Notes: generated by a model not told the origin, from the sequence alone. Counted from the first letter of the whole stretch, positions 25,266 through 38,359 are shown. The stretch is 63,605 nt of DNA, filler included, from Octopus bimaculoides (GCF_001194135.2; 7 parts of 6 records of this genome joined end to end with filler, not necessarily neighbours in it); one strand, 5' to 3'. A program made the numbers and translations.

Positions 25266-26160
25266 CTGTGAATGACCACCACAAAGTTTAGACAAGTTTC
25301 TAACATGATGGTCAGAAAACAGGAAACTTTTTGTTCCATGTTCACCTTTCTTAGATTATGTATATTAAAAGAATTAATTATTGTTGCAATGACTAAACAC
25401 ACCATTTTTTGTTCAGGGGTGTATAACCTGTTACTCCCCCCGCAATCTTCTACACCTTACTCCCCTCCCCACTTTTATCCCTTTGTCTTTGTTTCCTTGA
25501 TATGGTTGTTGTGGGGTTTTTTTTTCTCCCTTGATAATTTGATCTTTTATACTTTTAATGTTTTTGTTTTTTTTGTAAAAATACGTTGCTAATATTGCTG
25601 TTGTTGTTAATTAACACAGCATTGATGAAAAGAGAAAGAGAGAGAGAGAGAGAGACTATGTAAATATTTCTTCTATTTTTAAATAGAAATTAACTCATTT
25701 CAACATCTTTCATATTTTCTCAGTATTTTCATTAATTTTCAATTATTTCAAAATGTGTAAATGTCTGTTTGTAATATATATATATATGTGTGTATATACA
25801 GACACACACACACACCCACACATATATANNNNNNNNNNNNNNNNNNNNNNNNNNNNNNNNNNNNNNNNNNNNNNNNNNNNNNNNNNNNNNNNNNNNNNNN
25901 NNNNNNNNNNNNNNNNNNNNNNNNNNNNNNNNNNNNNNNNNNNNNNNNNNNNNNNNNNNNNNNNNNNNNNNNNNNNNNNNNNNNNNNNNNNNNNNNNNNN
26001 NNNNNNNNNNNNNNNNNNNNNNNNNNNNNNNNNNNNNNNNNNNNNNNNNNNNNNNNNNNNNNNNNNNNNNNNNNNNNNNNNNNNNNNNNNNNNNNNNNNN
26101 NNNNNNNNNNNNNNNNNNNNNNNNNNNNNNNNNNNNNNNNNNNNNNNNNNNNNNNNNNNN

Positions 26161-26428
26161 CGGGGACATAAACACACCAGCATCGGCTGTCAAGCGATGG
26201 TGGGGGGACAAACACAGACACACAAACATACATACGCACATACATATATATATATACATATATACAACGGGCTTCTTTCAGTTTCCGTCTACCAAATCCA
26301 CTCACAAGGCTTTGGTCGGCCCGAGGCTATAGTAGAAGATACTTGCCCAAGGTGCCACACAGTGGGAATGAACCCGGAACCATGTGGTTGGTAAGCAAGC
26401 TACTTACCACACAGCCACTCCTGCGCCT
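26161..26428 (-). mobile_element. SINE family A, young copy (CpGs largely intact; left part in a gap)
   Basis: GGTCGGCCCGAGGCTATAGTAGAAG...GAACCCGGAACCATGTGGTTGGTAAGCAAGC...CTCCTGCGCCT. Confidence 0.9.
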
Positions 26429-26512
26429 CCATACATACATACAGACAAGACAAACCCATTCCCATATATACATACAGGCATGCATTTTCATAATATTGTT
26501 GTTCAAACATAC

Positions 26513-26566
26513 ATTATTAGAGATGCATTCATAAAATTATGGAGACTGCACAACACTGGATGCATT
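26513..26566 (-). CDS. Candidate 54-nt exon (MHPVLCSLHNFMNASLI frame)
   Basis: Strong acceptor TATTTCTACTTTCTTTTCATCAG| and donor AAT|GTATGT. Confidence 0.25.
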
Positions 26567-26914
26567 CTGATGAAAAGAAAGTAGAAATACTAACTAAATA
26601 AGGGAAAACTGTTAATACACATACAACCGCATGTGTTCCTCCACACACACACAGACAAGCACACACATGTTCACACACACACACTGATGTATCTCCTATC
26701 TTTCACTTGTTTCAGTCTCATTACACTGTGGCCATGCTGGGGCACTGCCTTGAAGAATTTTAGTCAAACAAATCAACCCTAGTACTTATCTCTTTTACCA
26801 AACAGTTATAGGGATGTAAACACACCAACGCCAGTTGCCAAGAGGTGGTGGGAAATGAATACACCAAAACACACACACACACACACACGCTTAATCTAAT
26901 CTCTTTTAATGGTT

Positions 26915-27870
26915 TTGTCACAGAGGAGAGAGGCAGTTATGGTCCTTCTTAAGGTTTTAGTGACTGCTCGGAGAAAACAAGGAAGGTATGTTCAGTCTGT
27001 AGAACTGGCCAAAATGATTGCAAGACCCCCAAAGTGATAAGATGAGGCGGAAAAACTTTAGAATTTTGAATCTAAGGAAAGAAAAATCTCGACTGCTATG
27101 ACCATCAACATCATCATTATGCCATCACCACCACCACCATTATCACATCCACTGCCACCATCATCATCATCATCACCACCACCACCAATACAAATGTAAC
27201 CCTTACAACAATTGGCATCTGAAATAGTATCTGGAACTCGGGTTGATGGTATTACACCAGGAGAGATATTAACGTTCTTTTGAGGATTGCTACTANNNNN
27301 NNNNNNNNNNNNNNNNNNNNNNNNNNNNNNNNNNNNNNNNNNNNNNNNNNNNNNNNNNNNNNNNNNNNNNNNNNNNNNNNNNNNNNNNNNNNNNNNNNNN
27401 NNNNNNNNNNNNNNNNNNNNNNNNNNNNNNNAAGGTATGTTCAGTCTGTAGAACTGGCCAAAATGATTGCAAGACCCCCAAAGGGTCGGGTGATGGTATT
27501 ACACCAGGAGAGATATTAACGTTCTTTTGAGGATTGCTACTACAGATCTGGTGCATGGGTTCTAGGAGAATGTAGGTCTGTTAATTTGAAAAATGTCCTC
27601 TGCAACCACCCTTGTGTACATTTTGATGTCAGTCATTGGGTGCACGTCTCCACTCTTCAAGTTGGGACAAGATTTTTGTACATCTCTCTCTTACAACAAC
27701 ACTATCCATGATAGAATATCTCTTTGAAAAAGTCTGACTCTGGCCAGTGAGATGTCCACCAATGATCATATGGTTTATTCAATAACTTGTTTGCTTAATT
27801 CCTACAACTGCATGCATTATCAGCTGGAGGAACTAAGCTACCATAAACAACGGGCTCCGAAGAGCAAACA
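26915..27870 (-). pseudogene. Decayed Pif1-family helicase remnant, probably from an autonomous Helitron
   Basis: Minus-strand frame ...NTITRPFGGLAIILASSTD.TYLPCFLRAV...ITASPL.Q aligns by eye with Pif1 motif III, PFGGxxVxLxGDFRQxLPVV...KSSPLW. Upstream similarity is weak. Confidence 0.45.
27035..27244 (+). repeat. 210-bp direct copy of 24677-24937
   Basis: Near-identical to the source, with one extra CAT unit. The source contains a 10-N gap with a duplicated edge. Confidence 0.95.
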
Positions 27871-27932
27871 TCTACAATATATTCAATTTATTTTCTCACT
27901 AGTGAAATGATACGCATAGCTACAGCATTTAT

Positions 27933-28583
27933 AGGAAATTTTGTTATAAACATTTTGCCGTGGGAAAATTCATGGAATAGGAAAATTCACCATAAAAAAA
28001 AAAAGAGAAAAATACACATCGCAAAAAAAAAAAAAATAAGATTAGCTGTTTTCTTAAAATAGTAACTTCATCAACTAACCTAGCAATTAGAGAAAGGTAA
28101 TTTCTTTAAAATGAGTTATCGAGTTTACAGTCTGCATGTGTGCTTCCTTTGATGAATATTTCCATGCAATTAACCCATTGCAATGGTCTATACAGTGGAA
28201 ACTAGCAAAGGTGGTGTGAAATTAGTGGAGGACTTGAACTAAGTTTGCTGAATAGATAGGAAATATGGGGCAAAAACATATTGGAAATATGAAAATAAAA
28301 AGAGTAAAATGAGATGCAATACACAGCAAAAAGTGCATTATTTACGCAGTGTTGCTTGGTTTTGCCATCGGTTTTAAATGACCTCTCTTTTTAATGTTTG
28401 ACGTTGAATAAAGACTTGCTTATTTAATGCTTTATGAAATCGTTTATCATTATTTTTAATTTTTTTCAAAGATGCTGATATATCAATGTCCAAGTGGCTT
28501 ATGGCAATTTTTTTCTATATGGGCAACTGCTTTCCGACAGCAAATTTTCCCACAGCAAAAATGCTTAGAGTGAATTATCTAGA
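27933..28583. mobile_element. Old MITE of about 650 bp with imperfect TIRs
   Basis: Left CATTTTGCCGTGGGAAAATT versus right reverse complement CATTTTTGCTGTGGGAAAATT. Confidence 0.5.
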
Positions 28584-29706
28584 CATGGGCTATGGCAGTT
28601 AAATTGATTCTGTGTTTCATCTCTCTCAGAGCTTGATCAATTCTTACCAAAATACAAGTGAATTGGTACTTTCAACATTAGGGGTGGATTTAATACTTAA
28701 TCAGCAGCAGCAGTATCCTGGTTTAATGTTCATGTTTTATGCTTGCTTGGGTTGGATGGTTCAACAGAGTCTGAGTAGCCTGAGGGTTTTCACTGGCTCC
28801 ACTGTCTGGTTTGCCATGGTTTCTACAGGTGGATACCCTTCCTAATGCCAATCACTTTACACAGTGAGTACTGGGTGCCTTTCTCGTGACATGAGCACTC
28901 AAGGGGTTATCAAATAACTTGCAAAATGGGAGCCCCTTTACAGATGCTATATTGAGGGAGGTGGCTTAGTGCCAAGTGCAGAAAGGTCAAAATATGACAG
29001 AGGGACAGGGAACAGGTTTTACTAAGGAACAGGTCTTACAAAGCTGGTCCAGCAAGAGAGGGATGAAGGATGGCAGAGATGAGGTGTCAGGGTGTACCTT
29101 CAAGGGAGAAGGTGGATAGAAAGAGAGANNNNNNNNNNGGGGGGGGGGAGGAGAAAGAGAGAGAGAGAGAGATCACTATTGACCCATCAGTGTTTCTGTC
29201 AGCCCAGTCATGTGTTAAACCAATTAAAGTCAGTTAAATTTCTCAGAATGAAATGTTCAGTGAGTTTATTTTTAGCACAATGAGAGCATCTGGTGCAGTA
29301 GTTTTATGTAATAAGGTGTTCTGCAAATATAATAGCATCCCTGGAATTCTAAGGGACACTGAAAACAGATGGAGGTGAGCTGTTAAAGCCAGCAGAGCAC
29401 AGAAGGACTCCAGCATGGTGTTAACTGTGATGGTTAGAATAAACTAAAGATCTAAAGATTAAGCGAGAACTTCATGNNNNNNNNNNNNNNNNNNNNNNNN
29501 NNNNNNNNNNNNNNNNNNNNTTAATTAATTAANNNNNNNNNNNNNNNNNNNNNNNNNNNNNNNNNNNNNNNNNNNNGTTCACTCATACTTATGTCTACGT
29601 ACATACAGAGGTTTTAGATATTTATATACACACACACACACACGCAAAATCTCAAGAAATACAAACATTCAATCCTGGGTTCATGGAATAGATATCTTTC
29701 ACTTGA

Positions 29707-29765
<59 letters not shown>

Positions 29766-29889
29766 ATCTCTATCTCTTTGTCTATCTGTCTTTCTGTCCG
29801 GCGTTCCATCTAGCCGTGTCTCTTTCCCTCTCTCCCTCTCTTCTCTCTTATCCAGGTTTTGCCATCTTACGAAAGAGTGAACTAGACAA

Positions 29890-30800
29890 ATGTCCTGTCG
29901 AGTTTGCACTTGTTTCATATTGAATCAGAACGGTACTTTCCATAGATGTAGACGCATTCATTTCAATTCTGTGCCACCTTCGAAGGCCATCTTCGCTTTC
30001 AATTCAGTGTCAACATGCCTGTTTTTAGACAGTGCTCAGCTAAAAGATATAAATTCTTGTTCTTGTGCAATTTTCAGATTAATGCCATCATGCTCTCATG
30101 CCTTATTCGTTGTGAACTAGAATATCCCTTATGTATGTTTGATGTTTATCTTTGGGACCATGTTCTTAGAAGCCATCACTTATGCATCTGAGAAACTGGC
30201 AGCCAGTCGTCTGCAATGATCTGCGTGGATTTCGTTTTTGCTTGAATATGTGTAAAGCTGATCAGCCATGCAATATGGCAAGACTATACAGGATATCAAT
30301 CGAGATCAGTGTGGTATTTTCTACAGGAGAAAGGTCTGGAACCCAGAGAGCCAAGGAAAGCCACCACGGAAATAGGAACGGCAGCTGAAATTAGCTCAAG
30401 ATGATTATAGTTGATAAGAGACTGAAAGTGGAACCCTTCCGTAGGGGAAGACTAGCTCAGTCCTCACTGCCCCACTCACATGAAGCGTACAGACTAAGGG
30501 GCGAAACGCTTGTGACCCTGAGATACCCACTGACCATGCAAAAGTGTTTCGAACATTGCAATAGATTTAGAAGATCTTGCAAAACCCCTGAGTAATTCCA
30601 GCAGTTTTTGTGGGGGACAAAGCTTCTCCGATGTTTATTTCACCTGTCTTCAAGACCAAGAAATCTTTCTTCAGCCTTTCTGCAAAAAATATGCAAGTCA
30701 GCACGGGTGCCAATGCCCGTCCCTATGTAAAACAATTTGTTTTATCAAACGCTCAACGTGTTTCCTACTTGGAAGATCCTCGTTACCATTCCAGTTTGTA
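29890..30800 (-). pseudogene. Highly degraded RTE-clade reverse transcriptase
   Basis: Minus strand HIQAKTKSTQIIADDW (compare RLQAKTKV...LFADDCAL), followed by VPKINIKHT (compare GLxINxKKT). Confidence 0.65.
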
Positions 30801-30993
30801 AAACATTCACAGAGGATGTTAATCTTCCAGGATAATCATTTTTTTCTCAATAAATTCCAGAGGTAACATCTAAATTCTATTTCGAACACACACACACACA
30901 CACACACCACACATGCACACACACATATATAAATATATATATATATATTTAAATATTATATACACACATACAAACGCGCGCGCGTGCATGTAT

Positions 30994-31024
<31 letters not shown>

Positions 31025-31761
31025 CATACACACATATATGTATATATACGCACATACTTAAGTATATGCATACACATAAACACACGCACTCCCCACCCAC
31101 ACTCCACTGCATGGTTCTATATAAATCTCTACATCCCCATCTTCTACGCTAAATACGACTCCCCGTTTCGGCTCAGTGCTTTCTAATACGCCATGTCAAA
31201 GGTTAGATAACATCGCTAATGACCTTATCGTCCCAATCTCCCTCCTACCCTCATCTCACCCGGGGGATTTTCAATTACAACCAATTTATCTTGTCTTAAA
31301 TAGCAGTAACGACAACCATATTGGAACTTAATAAATAGGACAACAACAACAACCACAACAGCATCTTGGTACTCTGTGGCTACCCATTCCGAAGACTCTC
31401 CAAATCAATCTTTCTACGGCGCCGTCGGTTCCATCAAAACGATCTGGGGTGCCTTCACCGACTAAACAGGTCACAGCAATATTTAGCATAATCTCGGGAA
31501 AATAAGGTTTCTTTTCCGGGTCCACTCTACACTCATCCCTCCCTCCGCCCATCCGTCCATCCATCCATCCATCCATCCATCCATTCATCCATCCATCCAT
31601 TCATCCATCCATCCATTCATCCATCCATAAATACATTCCTGTCTGGTTGCGTCAGTGCATGTGTGTGTTTATATGCATGCATGTATCTATGTATTTGTAT
31701 GTGTGAGTGTATGTTTGTATTTGTAATCAAACATACACGCATACATACATACATACATACA

Positions 31762-31792
<31 letters not shown>

Positions 31793-32611
31793 GCTAATAA
31801 AGAAAGAACCGGTTTCTAACCTAGATCCGAGGTTCCTTTATTGGAATTTCAAAAACAGCAACAGGGTATTTTGTATATATGAATATATGTATGAATGTAA
31901 GTATGTATTATGTAATTGTGCATGTATGTATGTATGTATGTATGTATGTATGTATGTATGTATGTATATGTGCAGATTTGTATGTTTTGCTTCATGTATG
32001 TATTGTCATGCAAATAGTTGCATATTTAGACATACTCATATATATTGAAATGATAAACTTCTGGAAAGTTTTACAGATTTTACAGTTCCAGTGATGGATT
32101 GGATCTGTAGTCTTCGAATTAGCTTTCTCCTTTCTGGTTTTGAGATGCCTAATTTCTCAAGACTGTGGTTAGGCATTGTGCTATTTACCCCAGGGCCCCA
32201 ATAATTACATGTATAAACATAAACTTGTAATCTGAATAGAGAGTAACTATACATTTCTCAATAGTTCAGCTTAAGTATTTTCTTTTTCACTGATCATGTT
32301 AACATCTGCTGGGCAGCTAATTTCCACAACTGTGCACAGTTTCTCTTCTCTATCTCAAATCATTATATCAGGTCTGTTAATCTTACATTTTATTGAGGTC
32401 TTCACTAGGAGATTCCACCAGTACACTTTTTTTTTTATCATGAGTGGCTATGGCTTCTACCATACTGTGGGTTCTTATTTCTTTGTCCTCGATGTTATCC
32501 TTCCGACGGATTTCATTGTACGTATGTATATATGCATGTATCTATTTATCTGTCAGTCTGTCATATATATACATATATGTATATATACGTATACATATAC
32601 ATATACATATA

Positions 32612-32643
<32 letters not shown>

Positions 32644-32889
32644 NNNNNNNNNNNNNNNNNNNNNNNNNNNNNNNNNNNNNNNNNNNNNNNNNNNNNNNNN
32701 NNNNNNNNNNNNNNNNNNNNNNNNNNNNNNNNNNNNNNNNNNNNNNNNNNNNNNNNNNNNNNNNNNNNNNNNNNNNNNNNNNNNNNNNNNNNNNNNNNNN
32801 NNNNNNNNNNNNNNNNNNNNNNNNNNNNNNNNNNNNNNNNNNNNNNNNNNNNNNNNNNNNNNNNNNNNNNNNNNNNNNNNNNNNGTAAT

Positions 32890-32940
32890 CGAGTAATCCT
32901 CTTCTCCAGAATTTCAGGCCTTGTGTCTTTAGTTGAAAGA

Positions 32941-33026
<86 letters not shown>

Positions 33027-33270
33027 CATCATCATTATTATCAAAGTGGCGAATTGGCAGACTCGTTAGTGCACCGGACAAACCGCTTAGTGGCATTTCG
33101 TCTGTCCTTACGTTCTGAGTTCAAATTCCGCCGAGAATGACTTTGCCGTTCATCCTATAGGGATCGATATATTAAGTACGAGGTGAGGTCTGGGGTTGAT
33201 GTGATCGACTGTCCCCCTACCCACAAAATCCAGGCGTTGTGCCTATAGGAGAAAGGATTACTATTATCAT
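32890..33270 (+). mobile_element. SINE family B: tail of one copy, (ATT)n, then a complete second copy with an ATT tail
   Basis: AATTTCAGGCCTTGTGTCTTTAGTTGAAAGA(ATT)n is followed by GTGGCGAATTGGCAGACTCGTTAG...GGAGAAAGGATTACTATT. Confidence 0.8.
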
Positions 33271-33516
33271 TATTGTTAGTAGTAATAGTAGTAGTAGTAG
33301 TAGTTTCGTGTCTAGGTTTAATGGTGCGTGAGAGACGGTGGTAAAATTTTTGTGACCCTAAAAAACGATTCCAGAACTTTCCCGAAACACGTAGATTGAA
33401 TTTAACGATTGATTAAATTTTATAAACCACCGATAGGAGGATTCGTTACGTTGTTTGTTCATTTATTTACTACACAGTTATTTATTTGGGTTTTGTTTAG
33501 GTAGATGTGTGTGTAT

Positions 33517-33582
<66 letters not shown>

Positions 33583-34694
33583 GCGTGTATATACTTATAT
33601 ATCACTAGATTGATTAGACAGGGAGCTAGGATATGAGATAATGTGGGGATTGCATGGGGCTGTTGTTAAAGATTCATAAAAAGTGAAATAGTTAAGAAGG
33701 GGATGTAAAGAGAGGAGTTCTATACATAGAAGGGGTGGGAGGAGACAGGGACGAGGATGATCAAAATTTATGGTGGAGAAGGGAAAAGGCGGAGGGTGAA
33801 AGGAAAAAAAAGAAAAGAAAAATGAGAACGTGGATGCGCGACAGAGAGAAACCATGAGATAGTGTGAACGGCTCGGGCGAAGCTGTGGCCTGGGCATCGA
33901 TGGTTTGGTCGGTTTTATTGAACCTCATGGTTTTCTGATATTTATTCGATCCATTTTGGGGATGATGATGAGGGGTGGCGAACGGGAAAGTCAATCTGGA
34001 AAGGATTTATATCACTCCACGATCATGGACAGACGATTTAGTTAAGCAATTTAGGTCAGAATTGGAAGCGCATTGTAGAACAACATCTGTTGATCTGGTC
34101 GATATTCTGATACTGAGATATCACTCATGTAATAGATGAAGTTGGGTATTTATGTGTTTGATATCATACTATATTAGTTTTATTTCAATTTAATTCAATC
34201 TAATTTTATTGATTATACACCAACAGTCATAAAATTCGACGGATCAACCATCAACCGAATATAATTTTTTACTCATATGAATTATAAACAGCGCAGTTGC
34301 CTCCAATAATATTTGAAATCAGAACGATTTGATCCAAATTTCAATAGTCGAAAATAATCGAAAATATTTGTCCACAAAGGAATGTAATCGCTAAGTGGTC
34401 TCTTCAACCGCTAGAAATAGCAGTAATAGTAGCTTAGTATGCAACAAATCACACCTAACCCCCTTCAAAAGGATAGGAGAGTTTAAATAATTTAGTCTTG
34501 GGTACCCCTGAAAAGACTGCTTGAAGAGACAGTGGGTGGAATAGCTTTGTCGATACGTGCCCAGTACGAGTGAAACAACCAGCCACCGACTCAAAGCGAC
34601 CACAGGCTTGTGGGAGGGGTTATATAGTTGATTGTGTGTAGGGATGAATATACTAATGGTGACACCGATTTTTATCGAAAGGTAGAGTTAACCT

Positions 34695-35155
34695 AGCTTG
34701 CTTTCCAACCACACGGTTCTGAGTTCAGTCCCACTGCGTGACACTTTGGGCAAGTGTCTTCTACTATAGCCTCTGGCCGACCAAAGCCTTCTGAGTAGAT
34801 TTGATAGACGGAAACTGAAAAAAGCCCGTCGTATATTTGTGTGTGTGTGTTTGTGTGTGTGTGTTTGTGTGTGTGTATGTGTGTATGTGTGTGTGTGTGT
34901 TTGTGTGTGTGTATGTGTGTATGTGTGTATGTGTGTGTGTGTGTGTGTGTCTGTGTTTGTCCCCCCACCATCGCTTGACAACCGATGATGGTTTGGTGTT
35001 TACAGCTCCGTAACTTAGTGATTCGGCAAAATAGACCGCCGCTAAAATAAGTACTATGCTTATAAAAAAATAAGTCCTGGGGTCGATTTCTTCGATTAAA
35101 GGCGGTGCTCCAGCATGACCGCAGTCAAATGACTGAAACAAGTTAAAGGATTAAA
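34695..35155 (+). mobile_element. SINE family A, full length, CpG-rich
   Basis: Head, (TG)n core and tail GGCGGTGCTCCAGCATGACCGCAGTCAAATGACTGAAACAAG. Confidence 0.9.
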
Positions 35156-35489
35156 GAATAAACGTAAAATGGAAAGGGACATAACTAAATCCTGCAAGTC
35201 CGGTCTATTCTTCCTGGTCACATAAAATCCGGACATTCATTTGCATATTGATTTTTAAGGTCACTACAAAAACACAAAATTGCAGGGAAGAGAGGAGTTG
35301 GGATAAAAACAATTGAATTGTCCTCAAGTTCGGCCTGATATTTTAGTTTATTGTCCCCCAGAGGAATGGAAACTCAATATCGACCTCGATGGAATGCGAA
35401 CGCTCAATGTAAAGTACCCAAAATAAATATCACAAGTTATTATTTCATTTTGTTCGCCGCTCCAACTGTTCCGTCAATCTGTTATCCTC

Positions 35490-35722
35490 ATAGGGTGGCG
35501 AACTGGCAGAAACTTTAGCACGCCGGGCGAAATGCTTAGCAATATTTCGTCTGTCTTTACGTTCTGAGTTCAAATTCCGCCGAGGTCGACTTTGCCTTTC
35601 ATCCTTTCAGGGTCGATAAATTAAGTAACAGTTACGCACTGGAGTCGATGTAATCGACTTAATCCCTTTGTCAGTCCTTGTTTGTCCCCTCTATGTTTAG
35701 CCTCCTGCGGGCAATAAAGAGA
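35490..35722 (+). mobile_element. SINE family B, full length, CpG-rich
   Basis: GGGTGGCGAACTGGCAGAAAC...GTTCTGAGTTCAAATTCCGCCGAGGTCGAC...GGCAATAAAGA. Confidence 0.9.
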
Positions 35723-35827
35723 TTAATCTGTCGTCCTCATTTACATATTAAATCGATTGAAATTATTTATTTTTTTGTACTTGTTTTGGTTTTTTTCTAT
35801 TTCTATTTTGTTTTGTCTTCTTGTTAG

Positions 35828-35904
35828 GTCTTGGAGATGCGTGGGGTCACAGGTCAACACCTAAAACCGCCTTAGAGAAGGAGCTGGGTTCTCATTTGTT
35901 GCAG
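35828..35904 (+). CDS. Candidate 77-nt exon (LGDAWGHRSTPKTALEKELGSHLLQ)
   Basis: Long pyrimidine tract TTGTTAG| and donor GCAG|GTATTT; one open frame. Confidence 0.3.
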
Positions 35905-36320
35905 GTATTTATCTTTTTTTTTTATCCCTTCTTTTGTGTAATGACTATTTATTTTCAGTAAACATTGCAGGAAAAATAGAGACACCATTCCAGGAACTAC
36001 CATTCCTGGAATTATCATTGCAAGAATTACCATTCTTAGATATACCGGGAATCTGCACCAAGGAGTCTACACAGCTATCACAGGAATCTACAAAACTATC
36101 CAACTTACTAGAAATAACAATCGAAACTTTCCTTGAAAGAAATTCAGGATGCTACAAATTCACGTACCGCTCTCACAATTCTTGATAAAGGTTTCAACAG
36201 GAAGCCATGATGCCCCACGGGTATCATTATGGTTTCGACACCTGAGCAGTACCATTCAAGCTTGGATGAGAATATCAAAGATTGATATGAGCGAATATCT
36301 AGATATAGATAGATATACTT

Positions 36321-36354
<34 letters not shown>

Positions 36355-37398
36355 TGTATGTATGTATGTATGTATGTATGTATGTATGTGTGTGTGTGTG
36401 TGTGTGTATGTATGCTTTATGTAGATTGTAATCCGTCGTCAGATTTAACATTGTCACTTGATTCTTGGGTACCCCTAACGCAGCAGATACTTCTCTGCTG
36501 TTAACATTTCACCTAGATTTCCGGTTTGAATTTGAACAATGTGAGGGTCATGGCTAGAATGTCCTTGGCAGTAGTAATTTTACTCGGTCATAGCTGATCT
36601 TAGACTAAACAACAACAGCAACGACAACAACATCACTCTCCACTACAAGCACAAAGACCACTACGACTCCCACGACACCGACCATCAACACTATCACCGC
36701 AACTACCACCACCAAACCACTATCACTGCAGCCACCACAATTACCACAACCGCCACAGCCATTGCAACCACTACGACAACCACTACGACCACCACAAATA
36801 TCGCCAATACCAACACCACCATCAACACCTTGAACGGCATACTGAATTGTTTTCCTTTCCTTTCTTCCTCCACCAATCTTGTAGATCCCCCAATCTGGGG
36901 GGAAGCGGTTTTCTTCGCCTCATAGTAAATTGGCAGATAAATAAAATATATATATATATAATTAAAATAAAGAAAAATAAAAAAAAATTATCGGAAACTT
37001 TTCGAAAAATAAATCGTCCCTCTGCACAGAATGTCAAAGAAAATGATTCTGCTATCATGGCTGTTATATTGTTGTTGTTGTCACTATTTGTGATAGTGAT
37101 GGTGGTGGTAGTGGTGGTGGTGGTGGTAGTGGTGTTGCTGTTGATATTTCTGTTGTTGTTGTTGTTGTCCTTATTGCTACTGAGGTTGTTGACTGTGATA
37201 CAATAGCAAAGCTAGAGAATGGCTGAGTCGACCTTAAAAATATAATTACATGATTAAATAATTATCCAATTAACCCCTACAGGTAACGAACAGAAACTCA
37301 ACTGAAAACATTTGTTTAGACACTTACAGACTCTCTCTCTCTCTCCTTTTCTCCCTCTCTCTCAGTCTCTCTCTCAGTCTCTCTCTCTATCTCTCTCT

Positions 37399-37446
<48 letters not shown>

Positions 37447-37673
37447 CTCTCTTTCACACACACACACTCCTACAAACATACGTACGCGCACGAACACACA
37501 AGTTAAAGAACGCACGCATGTAGACATGCTCACGCGATACATTCATTCAGGCATGCGTACACCCATGCATTCACCCATGCATACAAATACATATAAATAC
37601 ACACATAATTACAAATACATATATATGCATACCTACATACATACATACATGCATACATACATATATATGCATA

Positions 37674-37717
<44 letters not shown>

Positions 37718-38022
37718 NNNNNNNNNNNNNNNNNNNNNNNNNNNNNNNNNNNNNNNNNNNNNNNNNNNNNNNNNNNNNNNNNNNNNNNNNNNNNNNNNNN
37801 NNNNNNNNNNNNNNNNNNNNNNNNNNNNNNNNNNNNNNNNNNNNNNNNNNNNNNNNNNNNNNNNNNNNNNNNNNNNNNNNNNNNNNNNNNNNNNNNNNNN
37901 NNNNNNNNNNNNNNNNNNNNNNNNNNNNNNNNNNNNNNNNNNNNNNNNNNNNNNNNNNNNNNNNNNNNNNNNNNNNNNNNNNNNNNNNNNNNNNNNNNNN
38001 ATATATATATATATATATATAT

Positions 38023-38245
38023 ATAATAGTATAAAGTACAAATATAATTAAAGACAAAAAGATTTCTATGCGTATATGCCGAAGATAGACGCTAAATCTG
38101 TCTAACCACTTCAAAATATCACTTTATACACGTGTAAATTATAAAGAGATATTTTGAAGTGGTTAGACGGATTTAGCGTCTATCTTCAGCATATACGCAT
38201 AGAAATCTATTTGTCCTTAATTATATTTGTATCTTATACTATTAT
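38023..38245. mobile_element. Foldback/palindromic MITE of 223 bp, arms about 105 bp, 11-nt spacer
   Basis: 38023-38128 is the reverse complement of 38140-38245 with few mismatches; flanked by (TA)n. Confidence 0.9.
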
Positions 38246-38315
38246 GAATATATATATATACACATTCATACATGCATACATACATACATATATACATACA
38301 TACATATATACATAC

Positions 38316-38359
<44 letters not shown>

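Noticed and set aside
29277-29375. Plus-strand splice-flanked open frame; similar cases at 14655, 21230 and 24070
   Set aside because: They are on the opposite strand to the better candidates and have weak support; frames of about 30 codons arise by chance.
31328-31600. Protein-like ORF ([25 protein letters not shown]...)
   Set aside because: It starts and ends in simple repeats, has no usable splice sites on that strand and shows no recognisable motif.
31800-31870. Minus-strand GAAAC-CG-GTT palindrome with a preceding hairpin; related copy at about 42345-42395
   Set aside because: The core would read CCAAT(G/A)A, lacking G5, and stem I is poor. It is too degenerate to call, though worth including in a family-level check.
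36880-36935. 40-nt splice-flanked segment with GGKR, suggesting a neuropeptide precursor
   Set aside because: It is a single short motif with a weak donor and no repeated cleavage sites, which is expected by chance.
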